From contig JBEVXV010000863.1 in assembly GCA_040505915.1 (NCBI GenBank), positions 12,156 through 76,155 of the forward strand: a stretch of 64,000 nt of DNA. Reading direction: 5' to 3'. Source of the DNA: Sedimenticola sp. (GTDB lineage Bacteria; Pseudomonadota; Gammaproteobacteria; Chromatiales; Chromatiaceae). A model generated the notes under the pieces. It did not search any database, had not been told where the DNA came from, and was given only the letters and a program-made list of their open reading frames with translations. Within the stretch, counting starts at the first letter, position 1. Each line of letters starts with the position of its first letter. The position numbers and the translations under genes are program-made. Positions 51,172 through 63,309 of this stretch are shown here, piece after piece.

Positions 51172-51298
51172 GAAACTATTAGCACTCGGGTCGGAGTCTA
51201 TTGTGTCGTAAAAAGGTGCATTTTCCACCCATCTCAGCGCAATCGACTCCGACCCCTGGTGAAAATAGCCACCCAATTAGGTATAGCTGAATAGTTAC
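51172..51298. mobile_element. GTAAC-MITE, inverted relative to the 49038 copy
   Basis: Reverse complement aligns with 49038-49169; right TIR intact, left TIR degenerate. Confidence 0.85.
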
Positions 51299-51312
51299 CA
51301 ACAAACAAGCGC

Positions 51313-51552
51313 CTAGGACTTGGCACTCCATTCATCTGGAGTGAAGGTCTTAATCGACAACGCATGAAGCTCACCACTGGCGATCTGCGTCTTTACAGCG
51401 GCCATCACCAGACGCTGCTTCTGCAGGAGTGATTTGCCGACAAAATCATCGCTGATCACTGTTGCCTCAAAATCACAACCGCTACCGGTGACCTGTGCCT
51501 TACAGCCGGAAATACCTGCCTCTATCAGCTGTTCTACTGCTGTTGTTTCCAT
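51313..51552 (-). CDS. BolA/IbaG family protein
   Basis: F.A.VISDDF.GKSLLQKQRLV, ELHALSIKTFTP. Confidence 0.9.
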   Translation of the reverse strand: METTAVEQLIEAGISGCKAQVTGSGCDFEATVISDDFVGKSLLQKQRLVMAAVKTQIASGELHALSIKTFTPDEWSAKS

Positions 51553-51695
51553 TTAATACCTCAAATTCGTAACACTATCAGATGATTGACCCTGCGATAC
51601 ATATCAGGAGCTTATCCTAGAATAGGACAGGCTCCTACATTAAAAGCCCGCCTTGTGTGGTGTAGCCACCGCGTTCGTAGCGATACTCCACAACA

Positions 51696-53282
51696 TTAAA
51701 GCTCCCGGGTAGCCAGAAACTCAACTTCCGGCCAACGCTCTATAGCCAGGGAGAGATTGACCCGGGTCGGAGCAAGATAGACCAGCTGGTTATCCCCATC
51801 CAGGGCGAGATTTTCATACGCCTTGATGCGAAGTTTCTCGAGCATTTTTTCATCCTCACAGCGTACCCAGCGGGCAGTAGCCACACTTATTGCCTCTACA
51901 GTCGCTTCGACACCATACTCATCTTTAAGGCGGTGAGCCGCCACATCAAACTGCAGCACACCAACGGCACCAATAATCATGTCATTGTTCTTCAGCGGTC
52001 TGAATACTTGGGTTGCCCCCTCTTCACACAGCTGCAGCACCCCTTTTTGCAACGCCTTCATGCGAAGTGGATCTTTTAACACCACACGACGAAAAAGCTC
52101 CGGTGCGAAATAGGGTACGCCCTCATACTTAAGCTCATCACCGTCAGTAAAAGTATCACCGATCTGTATGGTGCCGTGATTGTGCAGGCCGATAATATCC
52201 CCCGGCCAGGCCTCTTCAACGTGGCGCCGCTCATCTGCCTGGAAGGTGATGGCATTGCTGATCTGTACCGTCTTGCCGATACGTACATGGCGCATCTTCA
52301 TTCCCTTCTTGTAGGAGCCGGAGCAGACTCGAAAAAAAGCGATGCGATCGTGGTGGGCCTGATTCATATTCGCCTGGATTTTAAAGACAAAGCCGGAGAA
52401 CTTCTTATCAGAGGGCTCCACCAACCGCTGCTGCGTCTGACGTGACTTGGGTGCGGGTGCATACTGGGCAAAGGCGTCCAGCAGCTCCTTTACACCGAAG
52501 TTATTGATGGCCGAACCAAAAAAGACCGGCGTCAGTTCACCTCGTGCATAGGCATCCAGGTCCAATTCATGGCTGGCACCACGTACCAGTTCAACCTCCT
52601 CCCGTAGCTCTTCAGCCATATCGCCGATCACCTCATCAAGGCGAGGATTATCAAGCCCCTTGATCAGCTCACCCTCATTGATCTTCCCGCCATGAGTGGC
52701 TGAGAAGAGGTGTGTAGTGTCGGTACGCAGATCGAACACCCCCTTGAAACGCTTACCCATGCCGATCGGCCAGGTGATGGGAGCACAACGGATCTTCAAA
52801 ATCGCCTCCACTTCATCAAGCAACTCCAGGGCATCACGCCCTTCGCGATCGAGTTTGTTGATAAAAGTGAGGATGGGGGTATCGCGCATACGGCAGACAT
52901 CCATCAGCTTGATGGTGCGCGACTCAACACCCTTGGCGACATCGATCACCATCAGTGCCGAATCGACTGCTGTCAGGGTACGGTAGGTATCCTCAGAGAA
53001 GTCTTCATGTCCCGGCGTATCGAGCAGGTTGATCACCGTATCGCCGTAGGGGAACTGCATCACCGACGAGGTAACCGAGATACCACGCTGCTTCTCCAGC
53101 TCCATCCAGTCGGAGGTGGCGTGGCGGGCCGCCTTACGCCCCTTTACTGTACCGGCCATCTGGATGGCTCCGCCAAAGAGCAGCAGCTTCTCGGTAAGGG
53201 TGGTCTTACCCGCATCGGGATGGGAGATGATAGCAAACGTGCGTCTACGCTTTATTTCATTGAGAAAATTGCTATCAGCCAT
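51696..53282 (-). CDS. prfC: Peptide chain release factor 3
   Basis: [33 protein letters not shown]. Confidence 0.98.
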   Translation of the reverse strand: MADSNFLNEIKRRRTFAIISHPDAGKTTLTEKLLLFGGAIQMAGTVKGRKAARHATSDWMELEKQRGISVTSSVMQFPYGDTVINLLDTPGHEDFSEDTYRTLTAVDSALMVIDVAKGVESRTIKLMDVCRMRDTPILTFINKLDREGRDALELLDEVEAILKIRCAPITWPIGMGKRFKGVFDLRTDTTHLFSATHGGKINEGELIKGLDNPRLDEVIGDMAEELREEVELVRGASHELDLDAYARGELTPVFFGSAINNFGVKELLDAFAQYAPAPKSRQTQQRLVEPSDKKFSGFVFKIQANMNQAHHDRIAFFRVCSGSYKKGMKMRHVRIGKTVQISNAITFQADERRHVEEAWPGDIIGLHNHGTIQIGDTFTDGDELKYEGVPYFAPELFRRVVLKDPLRMKALQKGVLQLCEEGATQVFRPLKNNDMIIGAVGVLQFDVAAHRLKDEYGVEATVEAISVATARWVRCEDEKMLEKLRIKAYENLALDGDNQLVYLAPTRVNLSLAIERWPEVEFLATREL

Positions 53283-53637
53283 ACCCTGTAAATCCTAATT
53301 TGTACTTAAATTTGTACTTGTTTATTAATTTACCTTTTGAAGCAATTTCAAAAGGTGCGTCATGTTACGTGAAACTTAATCTCTTCCCCCCGACAGCACT
53401 CAGCCAATATCTAAAGTTGTGTCTGTCGGCAGTTTGATTAAGTACACTATTATTTCATACCTTAACCAATCCATAAACTGGCTATTTGTGTTTACAATAG
53501 ACAACATATAGATAACAAATGTGGCTTTAAGCCAACATTTCCCATATTTTATAATTGACCTCACCCATAAGTCAATGATATGTTGAAAATATAGAACATT
53601 TAACCTATATAAGTGGATTAAAAGAAACCTGAAAATC

Positions 53638-53982
53638 ATGTCACGCACAAATAAAATAGCAAAAGCCCCACCCGCCGCCGTAGAACTGATATTGATCCGG
53701 CTAGGGAAAAATATCCGTACCGCAAGATTGCGCCGCAAGTTGCGGTTAGAAGATATGGCAGGGCGCATTGGTGTTTCGCGCTATGTCATGTCCGATATTG
53801 AAAAGGGCAAACCCTCCACTGCTATCGCCACTTATATGGGGGCTTTATGGGTTTTGGGGTTATTAGACGATATGAATCTTATCGCCGATCCAGACCATGA
53901 TGAAGAAGGCAAGATATTGGAAAAATCCCGTGCACCAAAAACCGCAGGGAAACGAAAAAAGGCATTAGATAATGACTTCTGA
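53638..53982 (+). CDS. XRE-family HTH protein (putative HipB-like antitoxin)
   Basis: LGKNIRTARLRR...MAGRIGVSR...IEKG; overlaps the hipA start. Confidence 0.85.
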   Translation: MSRTNKIAKAPPAAVELILIRLGKNIRTARLRRKLRLEDMAGRIGVSRYVMSDIEKGKPSTAIATYMGALWVLGLLDDMNLIADPDHDEEGKILEKSRAPKTAGKRKKALDNDF

Positions 53983-55249
53983 GCGTGAATGTTTTGTCTA
54001 TATCGTCTTACCTAATGAAACAGAGTTTGTCACCGCAGCACGTTTTCGCGTCTCACGCACCCGTGACGGTGAGCCAGTTGGCGAGCTGGTCTATGGTAAA
54101 AGCTACCTAGCCAGAGCCAACGCTGTAGAGCTTGACCCAACGGAACTAAAGCTAAGTAGCACTAAATATGAAACCGCCCGTATGAGCGGTTTCTTCGGCG
54201 CTATTCGGGATGCTATGCCTGACTATTGGGGGCGGCGCGTGATTGAGCGCAATGCTGGGCAAACAGGATTGGAAGAGTTTGATTTTCTCATGCATGGTGC
54301 AGATGACAGAGCGGGTGCATTAGGCTTTGGACTAAAAGCTGAACCTCCTGCGCCACGCCGCACCTTCAATCGCACCCTTGATCTGGAAAAGCTTCAAACC
54401 ACAGCGGAAGCTATTTTAAATGATCAAACGGATGGCATTGAAAACCAAGATGACGCTCAGCAAGTTCAAGAATTACTACTGGAAGGAACATCAATGGGTG
54501 GTGCTCGCCCAAAAGCTGTTGTGGAAGATGATAACAGCCTTTGGGTAGCCAAATTTTCCAGCCCACAGGATCGTTGGAATCATCCGCGTGTTGAACATGC
54601 TTTTTTAAAGCTTGCCAAACTTTGTGATCTGAATGTCGCAGATAGCAAAATTGTCAGTGTTGGCGGTAAGGACGTACTGCTTGTGCGGCGCTTTGACCGC
54701 GACCATACCGATGAAGGTTATCGCCGTCACCGCATGGCGAGTGCATTAACATTGCTTCGCTCAGAAGAAAGCCCTGCGGCTAAAAACGATTGGTCATATA
54801 TGCTACTTGCCGATGAAATTCGCCGCACAAGTAGCCACCCAAAACAGGATTTAACAGAACTTTATGGGCGCATGTGCTTTAACGCACTTGTCTCCAATCT
54901 TGATGATCACCCACGCAATCACGCCGTTATTGCTAAAAATACCCATTGGCGTTTAAGTCCAGCCTATGATTTAACACCCACTCTCACTATTGCTCTGGAA
55001 AATAGGAATTTAGCAATGGCTTGCGGTTTGCATGGCCGTATGGCGAATAAAGAAAATCTTTTGAGCGGTCATGCTCGCTTTCTCCTCAATGAGGAGAAAG
55101 CGGATTTTATCATAGACAATATGATAAACATCATAAGGTCTGAATGGGACTCCTGCTTACATCGTGCAGGAGTCAGCAATAAAGACTGTGAAACCATTCG
55201 CAGTAGCTATATTTATGAAGGCTTTTTTAATCCAATATCCAAATATTAA
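53972..55249 (+). CDS. hipA: HipA-family kinase toxin
   Basis: PDYWGR, GTSMGGARPK, RRFDR, NLDDHPRNH, LSPAYDL. Confidence 0.92.
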   Translation: MTSERECFVYIVLPNETEFVTAARFRVSRTRDGEPVGELVYGKSYLARANAVELDPTELKLSSTKYETARMSGFFGAIRDAMPDYWGRRVIERNAGQTGLEEFDFLMHGADDRAGALGFGLKAEPPAPRRTFNRTLDLEKLQTTAEAILNDQTDGIENQDDAQQVQELLLEGTSMGGARPKAVVEDDNSLWVAKFSSPQDRWNHPRVEHAFLKLAKLCDLNVADSKIVSVGGKDVLLVRRFDRDHTDEGYRRHRMASALTLLRSEESPAAKNDWSYMLLADEIRRTSSHPKQDLTELYGRMCFNALVSNLDDHPRNHAVIAKNTHWRLSPAYDLTPTLTIALENRNLAMACGLHGRMANKENLLSGHARFLLNEEKADFIIDNMINIIRSEWDSCLHRAGVSNKDCETIRSSYIYEGFFNPISKY

Positions 55250-55370
55250 AATGGAATAAAGCAGGGGTTAAACTATGGTGAAGGTGCGCCGCCGGTTGAG
55301 TTGATCAAGCAGTTCAGACATGTCAGATTTCAGTCAGAGGGAAACGATCAATTATACCCTGATCAGACGG

Positions 55371-55835
55371 TTACAGACAGAAGGCAAAGAGGATCGCATC
55401 TTCCCTCCCCTGCTGAGCCGGATAGTAGCCATGGCGGCGACCGATCTCGTTAAACCCCATCGACTCATAAAGGCCGATCGCCACTTTATTTGACGACCTT
55501 ACCTCCAGAAAGAGAGTATCTGCTTCCCCGTTACATACCCGTGTCATTAGTCGCTGTAGTAGACGCCGTGCCAGCCCCTGTCCCTGAAATTCAGGATGTA
55601 TGCAGAGATTGAGGAGATGGGCCTCACCCGCAGCAACGGATGTCACCCCATGGCCGATGATGCGCTCCCCATGAGTGTAAACCCAGCAGTTGTAGCCGAC
55701 TCTCAGAGAGTCGCTGAAGATACCTTCGGTCCAGGGAAATTCATAACAGAGGCGCTCAACCACCATAACCGCTTCAATATCACCCTCAATCATAGGGCGC
55801 ATCTTCAGTTTTGGATTTTTAAGAATTGCATTCAT
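55371..55835 (-). CDS. rimI: Ribosomal protein S18 alanine N-acetyltransferase
   Basis: FPWT, EAHLLNLCI, LEVRSSN, GRRHGYYPA..GREDA. Confidence 0.95.
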   Translation of the reverse strand: MNAILKNPKLKMRPMIEGDIEAVMVVERLCYEFPWTEGIFSDSLRVGYNCWVYTHGERIIGHGVTSVAAGEAHLLNLCIHPEFQGQGLARRLLQRLMTRVCNGEADTLFLEVRSSNKVAIGLYESMGFNEIGRRHGYYPAQQGREDAILFAFCL

Positions 55836-55915
55836 GTATAGACTAACTATTGTAGCTTCTCATAAAGTCTGTGCCATAGGGGTAGGGAAGTGTGCCGTAA
55901 AATGTAAGATTGTGG

Positions 55916-55980
55916 ATAACTATTCAGTTGGTGCTCGGGGTCGATTACCTACGCCCATGTAGGCAATCGACTCCGACCCC
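55916..55980. mobile_element. Partial GTAAC-MITE
   Basis: ATAACTATTCAGTTGGTGCTCGGGGTCG...GCAATCGACTCCGACCCC. Confidence 0.75.
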
Positions 55981-55990
55981 AAACCCTGTT

Positions 55991-56884
55991 TCACTCTCTT
56001 AGAATATGTACCGCCCGCTGCAGATCCTGCCAACTTTTGGCTTTCTCTGCGGGTGAGCGCAGTAGGTAGGCGGGGTGGTAGCTGACCACCACTGGCGTCC
56101 CTTTGTAGTCAAAGTCACGGCCACGCATCTTTCCCACCGCCTCTGTCGATTTGAGTAGGTTCTGTGCCGCCACACGACCCACAGCCAGAATTACTTTGGG
56201 CTTTATCAAGGCAACCTGACGCATAAGGAGGGGTTCACACTTCAGCGCCTCTTCCGACTTTGGGTCACGATTCTCCGGTGGTCTGCATTTGAGGATATTG
56301 GCAATAAAAACCTGCTTCCTATTCAGACCAATGGCTTGGAGCATGGTGTTGAGCAGCTGTCCGGCTCGTCCGACAAAGGGCTCCCCCTGACGATCCTCCT
56401 CGGCACCGGGCGCTTCGCCGATAATCATCAGATCGGCCTCCCGGTTACCGACACCGAATACCGTATTTGATCGGGTGCTGTGTAGTGTACACCCCTGGCA
56501 CTCAGTAACTTTTACCTCCAGTCCATGCCAGTCGAGACCCGCGATAATAGTCGCCTCGTCGGGTTTTGATAGCGCGTCATCAGCATACTCCGCGTAGTCA
56601 ATAGTGGGAGAGTACTCGGCCATTAGCGGGGGTGCTTCGCTTAACCAGGGCGGGATGTCAGGGTCAGCCACCGGTGGAGCACTCACCTTGGGGCTCGCGC
56701 CTTCAGCTCTATCACGCGGGGGGGGCGATTTATTGCTCACAGAAACAACCGGAGCTGCTCTGGTTTGTGCCGGAGCAGCCGCTTCGCTTGGTACCGATAT
56801 CTCACTTGGAACCGGCGCATCTCTGGGCAGCCAATGCTCAATCCCCATGGCATCCAGATAGTACCGTCTCTGGGTTTCATCCAT
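55991..56884 (-). CDS. Uracil-DNA glycosylase family 4 (Fe-S) with N-terminal extension
   Basis: CQGCTL, GEAPGAEED, PFVGRAG, KCRPPENR, YHPAYLLR. Confidence 0.93.
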   Translation of the reverse strand: MDETQRRYYLDAMGIEHWLPRDAPVPSEISVPSEAAAPAQTRAAPVVSVSNKSPPPRDRAEGASPKVSAPPVADPDIPPWLSEAPPLMAEYSPTIDYAEYADDALSKPDEATIIAGLDWHGLEVKVTECQGCTLHSTRSNTVFGVGNREADLMIIGEAPGAEEDRQGEPFVGRAGQLLNTMLQAIGLNRKQVFIANILKCRPPENRDPKSEEALKCEPLLMRQVALIKPKVILAVGRVAAQNLLKSTEAVGKMRGRDFDYKGTPVVVSYHPAYLLRSPAEKAKSWQDLQRAVHILRE

Positions 56885-56901
56885 CGCTGCAATCCAGTGA
56901 C

Positions 56902-58455
56902 TCAGACACGCGCTTTCTGGGGATGGGCGCGCTCAGCCTCCTGCTCAAGCTTGTTAACCGCATTGATATAGGCCTTCGCCGATGCAATCACTATATCGGT
57001 ATCAGCGCCCTGGCCGTTAACGATACAGTCATTGCGTTGTAGACGTACCGTCACCTCACCTTGGGCATCGGTTCCACTGGTGATGGCGTTGACAGAGTAG
57101 AGTTGGAGCTCTGCACCACTTTCAACCATACTCTCCATCGCCCTGAATGCAGCATCGACAGGGCCTCCACCAACTGAATTACCCTCCTGCTCGGCTCCAT
57201 CAACCGCAAGAACAACCCGCGCATGGGGTGTCTCCCCGGTTTCGCTGCAGACCTTGAGTGAGACCAGTTTAAAGCGTTCATTCTCGGCACTGAAACCGGC
57301 ATCATTGACCAGCGCCTGAAGGTCATCATCAAAGATCTCATGCTTTTTGTCTGCCAGTTCTTTGAAGCGGCGAAAGGCGTCGTTGAGCTCCTCCTCTGAA
57401 TCCAGGGTAATACCTATCTCTTCAAGACGGGAGCGGAAGGCGTTGCGACCGGAATGCTTACCCAGCACCATGCGGTTCTGGCTCCAGCCCACATCCTCAG
57501 CTCGCATAATCTCATAGGTCTCACGGCTCTTGAGGACACCATCCTGGTGAATACCCGCCTCATGGGCGAAGGCATTGGCACCCACAATAGATTTGTTAGG
57601 TTGTACCGGGAAACCGGTAATGCTGGAAACAAGACGCGAGCAGCTGACGATTTGGGTGGCATCCAGACCGCTATCGCACTCAAACAGATCCCGCCGGGTA
57701 CGTACCGCCATCACCACCTCTTCCAAGGAGGCATTACCAGCACGTTCTCCCAGTCCATTGATGGTGCACTCCACCTGACGGGCACCATTAAGTACCGCCG
57801 ACAGGGAGTTGGCGGATGCCAGCCCCAGGTCGTTGTGACAGTGAACAGAGAAGATAGCTTTGTCCGCATTGGGGATGCGTTCGATCAGAGTACGGAGGGT
57901 CTCGCCAAACTGCTGGGGCAGATTGTAGCCGACCGTGTCCGGTACATTGATGGTAGTAGCCCCCGCCGCAATCGTCTGCTCAAATATTCTACAGAGAAAA
58001 TCGATATCGGAGCGCCCTGCATCCTCTGCCGAGAACTCAACATTATCGGTGTAGCGCCGCGCCCGCTTCACCGCCCACACCGCCCGCTCCACCACCTGAT
58101 CAGGGCTCATGTTGAGCTTATGCTCCATATGAATCGGTGAAGTGGCAATAAAGGTATGAATACGCCCGGAGTTAGCCTCCCTGATCGCCTCACCGGCACG
58201 GTCGATATCCTTCTCCAGCGCACGAGCAAGACCACATACGGTGCAATCTTTAATAGTCCTGGCAATCTCCCGAACCGAATCGAAGTCACCCGGGCTAGCC
58301 ATCGGAAAACCCGCCTCAATCACATCCACCCGCAGCTTCTCCAGTGCCTTGGCGATGCGCACCTTCTCATCCTTTGTCATCGATGCACCGGGGCTCTGCT
58401 CACCATCGCGCAGGGTGGTATCGAAGATAATCAGCTTATCCTGGTTACTACTCAT
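56902..58455 (-). CDS. leuA: 2-isopropylmalate synthase
   Basis: [36 protein letters not shown]. Confidence 0.97.
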   Translation of the reverse strand: MSSNQDKLIIFDTTLRDGEQSPGASMTKDEKVRIAKALEKLRVDVIEAGFPMASPGDFDSVREIARTIKDCTVCGLARALEKDIDRAGEAIREANSGRIHTFIATSPIHMEHKLNMSPDQVVERAVWAVKRARRYTDNVEFSAEDAGRSDIDFLCRIFEQTIAAGATTINVPDTVGYNLPQQFGETLRTLIERIPNADKAIFSVHCHNDLGLASANSLSAVLNGARQVECTINGLGERAGNASLEEVVMAVRTRRDLFECDSGLDATQIVSCSRLVSSITGFPVQPNKSIVGANAFAHEAGIHQDGVLKSRETYEIMRAEDVGWSQNRMVLGKHSGRNAFRSRLEEIGITLDSEEELNDAFRRFKELADKKHEIFDDDLQALVNDAGFSAENERFKLVSLKVCSETGETPHARVVLAVDGAEQEGNSVGGGPVDAAFRAMESMVESGAELQLYSVNAITSGTDAQGEVTVRLQRNDCIVNGQGADTDIVIASAKAYINAVNKLEQEAERAHPQKARV

Positions 58456-58503
58456 AATCTGTTCCTGAGCGGGTTCCGTGCATGGGGTCTAGGGGGTATT
58501 TGA

Positions 58504-59301
58504 TTAATCTGAATCTGTCATGTCAGTCGGCTCAACATCATCCTCCCTGCCGGACTTAGCCCCCCGTCGCCCGGCTCGGTGTTGACGCAGGTACTTCAAG
58601 GTCAGCACCGGACCTGAGATGGCATAGGCGAAAAAAACAAGAAATAGCACCAGAGGCGGCTGTATATAGAGCACTGAGAAAGCGAGCATCACAACAACCA
58701 TGGAAAAGAAGGGAACCTTGCCGCGAAAATCGACCTCTTTGAAGCTGTTGTAGCGAATATTGCTAACCATTAGCAGGCCTGTCGTCACGGCCAATATACC
58801 GGTGATAATACTGATATCGTCACCACCGATGCCAAACTCTTCAGATACCCAGACGGTTCCCGCCATCATCGCCGCCGCCGCAGGGCTGGGAATACCCTGA
58901 AAGTAGCGCTTGTCAGCAGTCCCCAACTGGGTATTAAACCGCGCCAACCGGAGAGCCGCACCCGCAGTATAGATAAAGGCGGCAAGCCAACCCAATTTAC
59001 CGAGACTGTTGAGTGACCATACGTACATCACCAACGCGGGCGCAAGACCAAATGAGACCATATCCGAGAGACTGTCGTATTCTGCGCCGAAAGCGGTCTG
59101 GGTATGGGTCATACGCGCCACCCGTCCGTCGAGCCCATCAAGAATCATCGCCACAAAGATGGCGATGGCGGCATTCTCAAACTCGCCACCGATCGCACCA
59201 AGAATTGCATAAAACCCACAAAACAGCGCCGCCGTGGTAAACAGGTTCGGCAACAGGTAGATACCCCGTCTAGGTTTCACTTTGTGCGATTGCTCAGGCA
59301 T
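58504..59301 (-). CDS. pssA: CDP-diacylglycerol--serine O-phosphatidyltransferase
   Basis: GIYLLPNLFT, DGLDGRVAR...FGAEYDSLSDMVSFG, LRLARFN; start trimmed to 59301. Confidence 0.94.
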   Translation of the reverse strand: MPEQSHKVKPRRGIYLLPNLFTTAALFCGFYAILGAIGGEFENAAIAIFVAMILDGLDGRVARMTHTQTAFGAEYDSLSDMVSFGLAPALVMYVWSLNSLGKLGWLAAFIYTAGAALRLARFNTQLGTADKRYFQGIPSPAAAAMMAGTVWVSEEFGIGGDDISIITGILAVTTGLLMVSNIRYNSFKEVDFRGKVPFFSMVVVMLAFSVLYIQPPLVLFLVFFAYAISGPVLTLKYLRQHRAGRRGAKSGREDDVEPTDMTDSD

Positions 59302-59401
59302 GAATCTGATTCCATTTCTCACTCTATAGCCGTGATTATAATTGAGATCCTCCCAAATCACAGCAGAAGTCGCAGCAGAAGATTTATTCGTTAAAACCGG
59401 C

Positions 59402-59451
59402 GTAACTATTCGGCTGAGTTTGGGGTCGGAGTCGAGGGCGGGGCTCCTACA
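59402..59451. mobile_element. Chimeric GTAAC-MITE fragment joined to half a GTAG REP
   Basis: GTAACTATTCGG...GGGGTCGGAGTCGA-GGGCGGGGCTCCTACA. Confidence 0.65.
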
Positions 59452-59508
59452 GTGGCCAGGCGCTTTTATTGAGAGCCATCCCTTAGGTTTCGGTGCAGAT
59501 CCGTTAAC

Positions 59509-59538
59509 AAAAATGCCGGCTAATGCCGGCATTTTTTT
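59509..59538 (-). terminator. Intrinsic terminator after ilvC (bidirectional form)
   Basis: AAAAATGCCGGC-taat-GCCGGCATTTTTTT. Confidence 0.85.
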
Positions 59539-59559
59539 ATCTCAGACAACCGATCTCAA

Positions 59560-60597
<1,038 letters not shown>

Positions 60598-60662
60598 TTA
60601 TAAACAATTAATTTCAATAGTTAGCCGCTGGAGGGCGTATCACCAGAGGGGTTAAAAAAGGA

Positions 60663-61154
60663 TCAGAGGTTCAGCCCCTTGGCACCCCTGGCAATACCTG
60701 AAGGGCCGGTTCGCACCACTTCGACTACCAGATCATCATTCACTGCACCGATAAACGCATCGAGCTTGCTCGCATCACCGGTCAGCTCAATAATGTAGCT
60801 GGTTTCGGTAACATCAACGATCTTACCGCGGAAAATATCCACCAAGCGCTTGATCTCTTCGCGCTGAGTCCTCTCGGCCTTGAGCTTAATCAGCATCATC
60901 TCACGCTCAATGTGGGGCCCCTCGGTCAGATCCAGCAACTTAACTACCTCTACCAGCTTATTCAGCTGTTTGGTGATCTGCTCGATAATCGTCTCATCCC
61001 CCCGGGTGACCAGGGTCATGCGGGAGAGGGAGGAGTCCTCTGTCGGTGCCACCGTCAGGGACTCGATATTATAACCTCGTGCTGAAAACAGGCCAGCCAC
61101 TCGGGAGAGTGCCCCAGACTCATTCTCCATCAGAATCGAAATAACATGTCTCAT
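60663..61154 (-). CDS. ilvH: Acetolactate synthase small subunit
   Basis: ENESGALSRVAGLFSARGYNIESL. Confidence 0.97.
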   Translation of the reverse strand: MRHVISILMENESGALSRVAGLFSARGYNIESLTVAPTEDSSLSRMTLVTRGDETIIEQITKQLNKLVEVVKLLDLTEGPHIEREMMLIKLKAERTQREEIKRLVDIFRGKIVDVTETSYIIELTGDASKLDAFIGAVNDDLVVEVVRTGPSGIARGAKGLNL

Positions 61155-61156
61155 GG

Positions 61157-62875
61157 TTAAACCAGCTCACTTTCAGAAGGAAGATACATCTCATGGTGAC
61201 CCTTGCCCGCCTCGATCATCGGGTAGACGTTTTCAGTCGGATCGATCACCACATCCATAAAGACCAGGCGATCCTTGATGGAGAATGCCTCAATCATGGC
61301 GGCCTCCAGCTCTTTGGGATCTTCAATCTTCATGCCAACGTGGCCGTAACTCTCCACCAATTTGACGAAGTCAGGCAAGGCCTCAACATAGGAGTGGGCA
61401 TAACGGCCTTCATAGAAGAACTCCTGCCACTGGCGCACCATCCCCATATAGCCATTATTCAGAAGTATGATCTTGAGCGGCAGGTTGTGCTGCTTACAGG
61501 TGGCCAGCTCCTGGATACACATCTGGATACTCGCCTCACCGGTAACCACCGCCACATCCGAGCCTGGATGAGCCATCTGGATACCCATACCTGCCGGCAG
61601 ACCAAAGCCCATGGTGCCAAGTCCACCTGAGCTGGCCCAGCGCCGTGGTTTGTCAAAACCGTAAAACTGAGCGGCAAACATCTGGTGCTGGCCAACATCA
61701 GTGGCGACGAAAGCATCTCCTCGAGTGACTTTGTGCAGCGTCTCGATAACAAACTGCGGCTTGATGATCTTACTCTTGCGATCATAGTTGAGGCAGTTTC
61801 TGGCTCGCCAGGTCTCTATCTGCTCCCACCACTTCTTCAAGGCAGCTGCATTGGGGCTCTTTTTACTCTCACCCACCAGCTTTATCATATCCTTGAGCAC
61901 CGCCTTTACCGGCCCGACGATAGGGACATCCACCCGAACATTCTTTGAGATTGAGGAGGGATCAATATCAACATGGATGATCTTGGCATCAGGACAAAAT
62001 TGAGCCACATGTCCCGTCACCCGGTCATCAAAACGGGCGCCGATGGCAATCAATACATCAGCATCGTGCATCGCCATGTTTGCTTCATAGGTGCCGTGCA
62101 TTCCCAACATACCGAGGAACTGCTTATCGCTTGCCGGGTATGATCCCAGCCCCATCAAAGTATTGGTAATAGGGTGGCCCAGCATCTGTACCAAGTCGGT
62201 CAGATACTTGCTTGCATTTCCTAAAACGACACCGCCGCCAGTATAGAAGACAGGGCGCTCAGCCCCCAGCATCAAGTTGACCGCTTTCCTGATCTGCCCG
62301 AGGTGTCCCTTTACCACCGGATTGTAAGAGCGCATCTTGATCTTATCCGGGTAGTCATAAGCTATCTTGACGTTGGGATCGACAATATCCTTGGGGATAT
62401 CGACCACCACCGGTCCCGGACGGCCTGAAGTCGCAATATAGAAGGCTTTTTTTATGGTCACCGCTATATCATGCACATCCTTGACCAGGAAGTTGTGCTT
62501 GGCACAGGGCCGGGTGATACCTACCATATCAACTTCCTGGAAGGCATCGCTACCGATAAACGGTGAGGCCACCTGGCCGGTCAGGACCACCATCGGAATC
62601 GAATCCATATAGGCGGTGGCAATACCGGTAACCGCATTGGTAGCCCCCGGCCCGGAGGTCACCAGAGCAACACCCGGCTTTCCGGTGGAGCGGGCATAGC
62701 CATCTGCAGCATGGGTAGCCGCCTGCTCATGGCGCACCAGAATATGCTTCACATCCTGCTGCTGGAAAATAGCATCGTAGATATGCAGCACTGCACCGCC
62801 CGGATACCCGAACACATGCTCAACGCCTTCATCTTTCAGACACTGAATGACGATCTCGGCACCACTCAATTTCAC
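61157..62875 (-). CDS. ilvI: Acetolactate synthase large subunit
   Basis: FGYPGGA, RHEQAA, TSGPGATN, DVGQHQM, SGGLGTMGFG; GTG start at 62875. Confidence 0.97.
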   Translation of the reverse strand: MKLSGAEIVIQCLKDEGVEHVFGYPGGAVLHIYDAIFQQQDVKHILVRHEQAATHAADGYARSTGKPGVALVTSGPGATNAVTGIATAYMDSIPMVVLTGQVASPFIGSDAFQEVDMVGITRPCAKHNFLVKDVHDIAVTIKKAFYIATSGRPGPVVVDIPKDIVDPNVKIAYDYPDKIKMRSYNPVVKGHLGQIRKAVNLMLGAERPVFYTGGGVVLGNASKYLTDLVQMLGHPITNTLMGLGSYPASDKQFLGMLGMHGTYEANMAMHDADVLIAIGARFDDRVTGHVAQFCPDAKIIHVDIDPSSISKNVRVDVPIVGPVKAVLKDMIKLVGESKKSPNAAALKKWWEQIETWRARNCLNYDRKSKIIKPQFVIETLHKVTRGDAFVATDVGQHQMFAAQFYGFDKPRRWASSGGLGTMGFGLPAGMGIQMAHPGSDVAVVTGEASIQMCIQELATCKQHNLPLKIILLNNGYMGMVRQWQEFFYEGRYAHSYVEALPDFVKLVESYGHVGMKIEDPKELEAAMIEAFSIKDRLVFMDVVIDPTENVYPMIEAGKGHHEMYLPSESELV

Positions 62876-63150
62876 CTTATAAACCTCCCAACCGCAGGAC
62901 CCGGCCAACGTGAACCAAACTATGGAATCCCGTTATCGACGACCACGTCAACAACGCACCACAAGAAAAAACGTAATCGACCAACTTACTGCCATACTAA
63001 GGCAAGGTCAAGCAAGAACAGGACGATCACACTCAAAAATCTGTAATGTCTACTAATTGCATCTCTTTCCCCACAAATCAATCCTTTGTTTTGTGGGGGC
63101 TTGTGATATTCATCCTTGCCGTAACAGCACCCAGCCACCTAAAATAGGGT

Positions 63151-63263
63151 ATAACGACTCAGTTGGTGCTCGGGGTCAGAGTCGACTGCCTACATGAATG
63201 CGGGCGATCGACTCCAAGCCCTGGTAAAAATAGCCTCGTAACAGGGGGCCACTGAATAGTTAC
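63151..63263. mobile_element. GTAAC-MITE (41328 subtype)
   Basis: ATAACGACTCAG...CTGAATAGTTAC; both flanks begin AATAG (partial duplication). Confidence 0.8.
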
Positions 63264-63309
63264 AATAGAACTAACGTTGATCACCGAATCACATCAACAA
63301 GGAGCGACC

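Noticed and set aside
48763-51298. GTAAC...GTTAC hairpin elements as integron attC sites (AAC/GTT ends, stop codon in TAAC)
   Set aside because: Ends do not fit RYYYAAC/GTTRRRY, orientations are mixed, neighbours are housekeeping genes, there is no intI, and 8-bp target duplications point to transposition
53354-53375. dif-like site (GGTGCG...TTACGTGAAAC) beside the HipA module
   Set aside because: Lacks the 6-bp spacer and the arms match XerC/XerD consensus poorly
59302-59532. N-terminal extension of PssA
   Set aside because: Runs through the ilvC terminator and a MITE fragment; homology starts near 59301
62876-63120. ilv leader peptide/attenuator
   Set aside because: No short Ile/Leu/Val-rich ORF with a terminator was found
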